In this document: positions 57,805 through 64,000 of the stretch, one piece after another
Layout of the letters: every line of letters begins with the position of its first letter
Numbering within the stretch: the first letter of the stretch is position 1
Assembly (NCBI GenBank): GCA_030141605.1
Contig: JAQGDQ010000304.1
Location: 1-64,000, forward strand
Source: Tubiluchus corallicola
Lineage: Eukaryota; Animalia; Priapulida
Reading direction: 5' to 3'
Length of the DNA: 64,000 nt
Notes under the pieces: generated by a model
What the model was told of the DNA's origin: nothing
The model's database searches: none
What the model saw: the letters and a program-made list of their open reading frames with translations, nothing else
Made by a program: the position numbers and the translations under genes

Positions 57805-59997
57805 CTAATTGTAAACATCTATTAACAACTTAGCCATTATCGCATCCCAAATATAGTTAGGCGGCGAATTTAATATATCATTATCAGGACTATACGACTC
57901 CCAAAAATTATGGTTCTTTTTCAGTTGTGTTTTAACCACCAAAATCATCTTCTCTGCCAGCTGGAGAGCCTCCTCCTCAAAACCATAATTGCATAACCCA
58001 ACATACACCATATAATTCCATAATAACCAGACAGGACCATTCCACTTACAACAATAGTCCACATCAGGGCTGTACCAGTCATCATCGGCGGTCAAAGTTG
58101 GCACCCCATATTTCCTCCAAAACTTCTCTGGATTCATTAAATACTCACGAACAATAATTTGAGCTCTTTCCGGCGTAGCAACATTGGCCCACATGGTTAA
58201 AAAACCAATAATCTCAGGCTTTCTCAGATCCCGCATCATATAATTGAACGAGAAATCCTCCTTATTTATGGAATAATAGAAATTTGTCTCATCATCCCAC
58301 ATCCTTTCATTTACCAGGGCAGATATTTTTTCGGCCAGCTCCTCCCATCTCTTCGCGTCCTTCCTTTTCTTCAGCTCCTTGGCCATGTGCCCCAAAGAGC
58401 GAATCTCATTTACAATCATTACCGTAAGATCTAAACACTCAAGCTCATCTGAAATATCTTCTTTATCCACATCAAGATAACGCTCCTTAGACACCTGAAA
58501 TACAGCATTATACCAATCGCGAACATTCTCAATAATACCATACGGCCCCCACTCAAAAGTACCATTCTTGTTTAGATCTCTATTCTCCAGCAACCAGTTC
58601 AGGTACTTAACACCAGACACATAAGCATCATTTAGAAACTCCTTATCTTCGCTAACCTGAAATATCTCCCAGTTGATCCATGAATAAAACGGTGCAGAAG
58701 TAGTTGACATATCCCGGTTCAGCACCTTGCAATAATGTGGATAGTCCTGCAACCCCCGAGGCCCATGCCTGTAAGCAATAAGCCCATCCTCCCTCTGCTG
58801 CTCCATATACACACGCTGTGACTCCTGTGCCGACTTTGGATCAAGATATGCATAAGCTATCATAGCCAAAGACTCGTGAAGCACCTGGTGTCCATGCCCC
58901 CAGCCCCAGATAGGATTACGCGAAAAAACATAATAATTGTAGCTGGTTTTCTCTGTAGGAGGCAGCATACAAGAGCGGGCTAAATTAAATGCACCCAAAT
59001 ATATCATGTGCTCATCAGGCGTGGAAAAATTTATCCGCGGAATATCTGAATAAAGCTCCTCGTTTGCATCCAGAAACTGCTGTAATAATAGCTTCTTTGC
59101 ATGCTTTACATCATCAAGCAGCCTGGCGTACTCATCACTCGACGGCTGCACCCCTCTCACTACCCTAAACTGCTTGGAATCAAGTGGTGACAGATCAAAC
59201 TTTGTCTGCATTGCTATATAATCCACCAGGCTGTCAGCTGTTTTGTTTAACTGATCATTATATTTGTCATCACTGTAATGGTCGGTTTTTATCTTTACGT
59301 AAAAATCGTCCATACTTCCCCTGTATCCTCCATAAGTGTCTGGAACCCCACTAAAAGCAAATATCTCCCGATATGCATCGGGATAATCACCCCGACTGTG
59401 AAGGCTGCTAACCAGCCTATAAAGTGTCTCCTTACGCTCCGTAACATACCCATTAGCACTATCATCAAACCTCTCAACATAAAGGGAATCATTCCCCAAC
59501 TCATAAATAGGATAATACGCTAATCTAAACTCTCTATCCCCAACATTTGCAACTTGTATATCAACTAGCGAAACAGAAGAGCTATAAACAAGAAATGTCT
59601 CTTGCACCTCCAACCCTTCAAAAGGCATGTACTCAAGAACAGCCATATCCGGAAATGAATATTTTACAACAGGTGCCTTATAAAAATCATTGGTCCCCAT
59701 TATTGCAATATCATTTACTACCCAAATACCAAAATGACGCCCAGACTTGTCACTCTCATAATAAATGGGCGCACTTTTATCGTAATAAACCATTTTATAC
59801 GACTTGTCTCCATATAGCTTTGAACGCTCAATAGCCGATGCATAAGTCGTATACAGAGGATCATCAGTTGCCGCATTCAAAATGAAATAATCATCCTTTG
59901 TATTAAGAGGTTGCCCGTAAGAAGGACTAGAAATAATCAGGATAAAAACAAGCGTGATCAGTATACTCCTAGCAGTGTGGGAATCTTTAAATATCAT
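57805..59997 (-). CDS. MGH1/GH63-like (alpha/alpha)6 glycoside hydrolase
   Basis: RDLNKNG, MWDDETNFYY, KWNGPVW, FWESY; paralogue of 61232-63961. Confidence 0.75.
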   Translation of the reverse strand: MIFKDSHTARSILITLVFILIISSPSYGQPLNTKDDYFILNAATDDPLYTTYASAIERSKLYGDKSYKMVYYDKSAPIYYESDKSGRHFGIWVVNDIAIMGTNDFYKAPVVKYSFPDMAVLEYMPFEGLEVQETFLVYSSSVSLVDIQVANVGDREFRLAYYPIYELGNDSLYVERFDDSANGYVTERKETLYRLVSSLHSRGDYPDAYREIFAFSGVPDTYGGYRGSMDDFYVKIKTDHYSDDKYNDQLNKTADSLVDYIAMQTKFDLSPLDSKQFRVVRGVQPSSDEYARLLDDVKHAKKLLLQQFLDANEELYSDIPRINFSTPDEHMIYLGAFNLARSCMLPPTEKTSYNYYVFSRNPIWGWGHGHQVLHESLAMIAYAYLDPKSAQESQRVYMEQQREDGLIAYRHGPRGLQDYPHYCKVLNRDMSTTSAPFYSWINWEIFQVSEDKEFLNDAYVSGVKYLNWLLENRDLNKNGTFEWGPYGIIENVRDWYNAVFQVSKERYLDVDKEDISDELECLDLTVMIVNEIRSLGHMAKELKKRKDAKRWEELAEKISALVNERMWDDETNFYYSINKEDFSFNYMMRDLRKPEIIGFLTMWANVATPERAQIIVREYLMNPEKFWRKYGVPTLTADDDWYSPDVDYCCKWNGPVWLLWNYMVYVGLCNYGFEEEALQLAEKMILVVKTQLKKNHNFWESYSPDNDILNSPPNYIWDAIMAKLLIDVYN

Positions 59998-60036
59998 AAC
60001 TAACTAATTTTCCTTTAAACAAATAAACCCTCAGTG

Positions 60037-61224
60037 TTACTTCTCTTCCTCCTTCTCATCTCCCCATAACTTGCTACCCCCACCTCTACTCTTTCTCCAC
60101 TCGTGCCTCCACCTGTGTATATGATAATTTTGAATGAGAGGCTTTAACTTACGCGCCTCCTTATTTGGAATTGGAGGTATGGCTGCTGCCACATCCTGAT
60201 ACCAATACGCCACCGTAGCCAAATCGAGTGTCAAACAGTTATTATGCCCATGCTCAATAGTGAACTTAAATGACTTGCCAAAATAAAGTGGATCTGTAAT
60301 ATGAAACCTGTACGCATGAGTCCGTCCTAACCACCCCGTCTCATTATTCACCCTCGGGTAACCATAAAAAGGATGTGAATACAACTCCTTGGGACACCAC
60401 GATGTATTAAAATAATCCTCTGTACCTGTTCCATACAGTGTTTGCAAAGGATTATCATCAATAAAAATCATATCATCCCCTTCACCATACCATACCGTAC
60501 TCGGGTTTTGCACAAAATAGTTAACTCCCACAAAATGGCCTCTCCCCTTAATATCCGCAATAACATAATTATCCTCGCCATACTTGTTTTTGCCTTGTGC
60601 TCCCAGTAGAGACCACTCATTCTCCCCCTCCTCAGGTGCATCTGTTATCTCGCGGTTAAACCAGGCATGAAAACGCCCCATATTTTCAGGAAGGGCATCC
60701 ATCTCTACATAATCAATATAAAAATAGAAAAAATTAATATTACTATCCGTATTATTCTCTATCTCAATACGAGCACCATCTGCAAAAGGCATCTGAAAAT
60801 ATGACACCAGCGCATTCCCTTTTATAGGCGCCGCAGACAATGGCAGTGAGATAAAATGATATGTTTCATCCCAGCCCTGCCCGAAAAAAGGACCTATAGG
60901 AGAAACAACTGAAGGCTCATCATTGCCATCCCAGTACATCTTTAAAATAATATCATTACGGCTTAACTCGTCAGGCCCCGGAGATATAGTAATCCATATA
61001 TGATTGATAATTCCGGCACCTCCTACATCAAACAGTGTACGTGTCTCATTAGGCTCTATTCTCTCAAACCTATCCCTGTTTCCCCCTGTCTCATCATAAC
61101 TACTTACGCGTTTCGTGCGCATATCCGTTCTTATAACCGGTAAAGAGGAGAGCATGTCGCTTTGCGCAAAAGTGCAAAAGCACATCGCCATCAAAAAGAA
61201 ATTGATAAAAAAAACTTTTTTCAT
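60037..61224 (-). CDS. GH172 (DUF2961) glycoside hydrolase
   Basis: SSYDETGGNRD, GIINHIWIT, YFQMPF, WYGEGDD, GTGTEDYFN, IEHGH. Confidence 0.88.
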   Translation of the reverse strand: MKKVFFINFFLMAMCFCTFAQSDMLSSLPVIRTDMRTKRVSSYDETGGNRDRFERIEPNETRTLFDVGGAGIINHIWITISPGPDELSRNDIILKMYWDGNDEPSVVSPIGPFFGQGWDETYHFISLPLSAAPIKGNALVSYFQMPFADGARIEIENNTDSNINFFYFYIDYVEMDALPENMGRFHAWFNREITDAPEEGENEWSLLGAQGKNKYGEDNYVIADIKGRGHFVGVNYFVQNPSTVWYGEGDDMIFIDDNPLQTLYGTGTEDYFNTSWCPKELYSHPFYGYPRVNNETGWLGRTHAYRFHITDPLYFGKSFKFTIEHGHNNCLTLDLATVAYWYQDVAAAIPPIPNKEARKLKPLIQNYHIHRWRHEWRKSRGGGSKLWGDEKEEEK

Positions 61225-61231
61225 AACTAAC

Positions 61232-63961
61232 TTATTTTTTTCTTACGTCCATTAACATTCTATTAATTATACCTGCCCAAATATATGTTTTGTGATAACC
61301 GCCCCAACTCTCATCAGGACTGTAAAACTCCCATAAATTATGATCCTTTTTCAGCCTATCCACCATTACATCAACAACCTTATCCACTAGCTCCTGTGCC
61401 TCTTTCTCATACCCGTACTTCAGCAACCCGTCCATTACCAAATAATTCCACTCCACCCAAACAGGCCCGTTCCAGTAACCCTTATCATTATAATAAGAAT
61501 CTGCCGCGGAAAGACTTGGGATACCATACTTCCTCCAAAACTGCTTCTCATCTGTAAGCTTTGCCACTAGCCTCTCTGCTTGTTCCTCTGATGCAATACC
61601 TGCCCACATCGGCAAAAAACCAATTATCTCATCCCTTTTAAGATCATCCTTCTCCTTGAAAGTAAATGTATTATCGCTTCTACTTACATTGTAATAAAAC
61701 CCATTGACCTCATCCCAGCAATATCTGTTTATCAACTCTGTACGCTTCTCATAGTCCCTCCGCCACTCTTCAGCTTCACTATCTCTGCCCAGCTCTTTTG
61801 CCATTTGTTCCAGCGACTTTGCCTCCATCACCAACATAGCATTCAAATCCACACCCTCAAAGTTGGATGGCCAGCCTACCTCATCCCACACTGCCACCAA
61901 AGCATCCCGCACAGACTCCAAAACAGCATGCCCATTCCACTCGCAAAGCCCATCTCCGTCAATATCTCTATTAGAAACATAAAAATTATAAAACCGCTTA
62001 GAAGACTCATACATCTCTTCCAAAAAACTCCTATCCTGAGCTATCTTGTACACTTCCAGATTTTGCCAGGCATACCATGGTGCCGATGAAGTCAACATCC
62101 CATCATGCTCTATAATCTCATCCAGATAAGAACCCGTACGGTAATTAATATAACCATTCTCATACTGCCGCTCACTATAAACCCGCTGAGAATTCATAGC
62201 ACTTTCAGGATCCAGGTAAGCATAGGCTAACATCGTAATACTCTCATGAAAAACCTGTCCCCCATGCCCCCATCCCCATGTAGGCTCACGCGAAAAAACA
62301 TAATAATTATAAGAAGACTTCCCCTCTGGAGGATAAAACACCTGCCTCATCATGTTAAAACTACTGTAATACAGATATTTCTCATCCAGGCTTTTGAAAG
62401 GTATCTCTCTTATATTACTAAATAAATCTTCATTATACGCTACATAACTATCCATGCTCTCACTTAGCAACCTCTCTGCCTCTTCAAGCAGCCCCCTCTT
62501 CTCCTTCTCTTTCCCTCCCAACACCCTTACAAGTCGCACTTTCTCCTTGCCCTTTCTCCCAACTGTAAAGTTCCTCTTAAAAGCAATAAAACGGGTATAG
62601 TTCGTACCTTTTGTATCATCGCCTTTTTCAATAAAATCTTTAAAAACAGACAACGGCATATTGGTCGCCTCACGTGAGTGCATTCCCATTTGCCCTCCAC
62701 GGGTACTTGTAACGACATAGCCCAAACATGCAACCTCTTCGCCTTGATTATCCACAAAAAACTTATCATTGACACCATGTGCTATAAGACTATACACTCC
62801 CTCTTTTGAATAGTCCCTCCTGTAAACATTATAAATGTCGCCATCTCCATCCCACTCTACTTTATAACCGTCCTGACACCTACTTACTCTTACATTTGTT
62901 GGAATAGCCGGTAAATCATAAGCTCTTATATCAATATCCTGCCTCCTGCTTTTTTTTCTATCCAACGCTGTTATATTTGGAACCTTCGCGCTATAAGAAC
63001 CATACTCATCCATCTGCTCATTATAATACACAACAGTATAAACATCACCCTCTCTCACCTTTTCAAAATTTCCCAACTCAATACTGAAATAACCACTCTG
63101 TGGCATACTCTCCTGCGCAATACCCATTAAAGGAGAATTTTCAGTTATAAGCTTGTCCCCATCAATATATAACTGTAACCTTGCTTGAGGAGGACTAGCA
63201 ACCACCCTTTTACCATCCTTTAGAGCCCTGCCATTTACTTTGAAAACGCTCTCCCTGTCTATATAAACCCCGAATGGATACAAAAAATCCTCTTTCTTAT
63301 CAAAACAATGATACGCACCTTCAGAATCTGCCACTTTCGACAATAACAGAACATTTTGTACGCTGTCTGCATGTGGCAGCTTATGATGCAATGTCCAGCT
63401 ATCAGGATAATTTTCATGAAAAAAATGAACTCCATTAGTCGCTACAGAAAAATCAACATTATTAAAATCCCTGTAATCATTACTCATAAAAGGAAATAAC
63501 TCTATTTCAATATCCTTCCCCGTCTCATTGTGAATAGTAACATCCATTATTGAAGCACTACTGCTTTGTACAAGAAAAGCAACCTCCGCTTTAACTCCCT
63601 TAAATGGATAATAATGGAAAATAACCATATCTGGATAAGACATAGATATAACAGGTTCCATGTACATATCCTGCAGCTTATAGACCCACTTACCCTCTTT
63701 CTTAAAGCCCAGGTAAATATTACCTCCTTTCTGGGATGTGAACCCAATGCCCTTATCTTTCTCATAAAAACGGAATTCATACCCCTGGTCCAAAACAAAA
63801 TTAGACCGCTCCATCGCTGCTGCATAAGTAGTATACAAAGGTGTATGCTTATCAGCTTCAAGACTTGAAAGAAAAGGCTTGCCACTTTTATTACAACCTG
63901 GCAAAAACAAAACAACACCCAGTACAATCAGGATAGCTTTAGCTTTACAGTTCATTTTCAT
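61232..63961 (-). CDS. MGH1/GH63-like glycoside hydrolase lipoprotein with an FN3-like insert
   Basis: LPGC lipobox; RDIDGDGLCEW, YWNGPVW, LWEFY; insert P.IPTNVRV...VEW...YNVYRR. Confidence 0.75.
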   Translation of the reverse strand: MKMNCKAKAILIVLGVVLFLPGCNKSGKPFLSSLEADKHTPLYTTYAAAMERSNFVLDQGYEFRFYEKDKGIGFTSQKGGNIYLGFKKEGKWVYKLQDMYMEPVISMSYPDMVIFHYYPFKGVKAEVAFLVQSSSASIMDVTIHNETGKDIEIELFPFMSNDYRDFNNVDFSVATNGVHFFHENYPDSWTLHHKLPHADSVQNVLLLSKVADSEGAYHCFDKKEDFLYPFGVYIDRESVFKVNGRALKDGKRVVASPPQARLQLYIDGDKLITENSPLMGIAQESMPQSGYFSIELGNFEKVREGDVYTVVYYNEQMDEYGSYSAKVPNITALDRKKSRRQDIDIRAYDLPAIPTNVRVSRCQDGYKVEWDGDGDIYNVYRRDYSKEGVYSLIAHGVNDKFFVDNQGEEVACLGYVVTSTRGGQMGMHSREATNMPLSVFKDFIEKGDDTKGTNYTRFIAFKRNFTVGRKGKEKVRLVRVLGGKEKEKRGLLEEAERLLSESMDSYVAYNEDLFSNIREIPFKSLDEKYLYYSSFNMMRQVFYPPEGKSSYNYYVFSREPTWGWGHGGQVFHESITMLAYAYLDPESAMNSQRVYSERQYENGYINYRTGSYLDEIIEHDGMLTSSAPWYAWQNLEVYKIAQDRSFLEEMYESSKRFYNFYVSNRDIDGDGLCEWNGHAVLESVRDALVAVWDEVGWPSNFEGVDLNAMLVMEAKSLEQMAKELGRDSEAEEWRRDYEKRTELINRYCWDEVNGFYYNVSRSDNTFTFKEKDDLKRDEIIGFLPMWAGIASEEQAERLVAKLTDEKQFWRKYGIPSLSAADSYYNDKGYWNGPVWVEWNYLVMDGLLKYGYEKEAQELVDKVVDVMVDRLKKDHNLWEFYSPDESWGGYHKTYIWAGIINRMLMDVRKK

Positions 63962-64000
63962 CCAATCAAATACTTAGTCGACTACTTAATAATAATAAAT

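Noticed and set aside
1-64000. tRNA, rRNA, riboswitches (e.g. a lysine riboswitch before lysA/dap genes)
   Set aside because: No cloverleaf or rRNA-like sequence seen; the dap/lysA leaders are too short and AT-rich for a lysine riboswitch.

Overview
Chromosomal segment of an anaerobic Bacteroidota bacterium, probably Bacteroidales/Marinilabiliales-like (TAnnTTTG promoters, murF-alr fusion, dut-TPR-DUF4292-envC cluster). It has about 44 CDS: housekeeping genes (araB, addB-like, rnpA, trxB, murF-alr, dut, pyrH, dcp, pepE, tsaC), a TRAP transporter, a four-gene electron-bifurcating-type [FeFe]-hydrogenase operon, a dapL/dapF/lysA cluster, a 1578-aa repeat-rich surface lipoprotein, an intact IS256 and a GH172-centred glycan-degradation cluster at the right edge. 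Structure not shown by the ORF track: (1) a degenerate ~125-150 bp quasi-palindromic MITE-like family with GAG(A/G)CCTTTGCAAA...TTTTGCAAAGGTCTC ends, about 15 full or partial copies in intergenic spaces; (2) an ~80-nt small RNA candidate (10053-10134, -) with a canonical promoter, a terminator and a seed antisense to start-codon regions, plus a possible in-window target; (3) an 89-bp mini-element made from the two ends of the resident IS256; (4) a DapF with both catalytic Cys replaced by Ser. All calls come from manual motif reading; no database searches were run.
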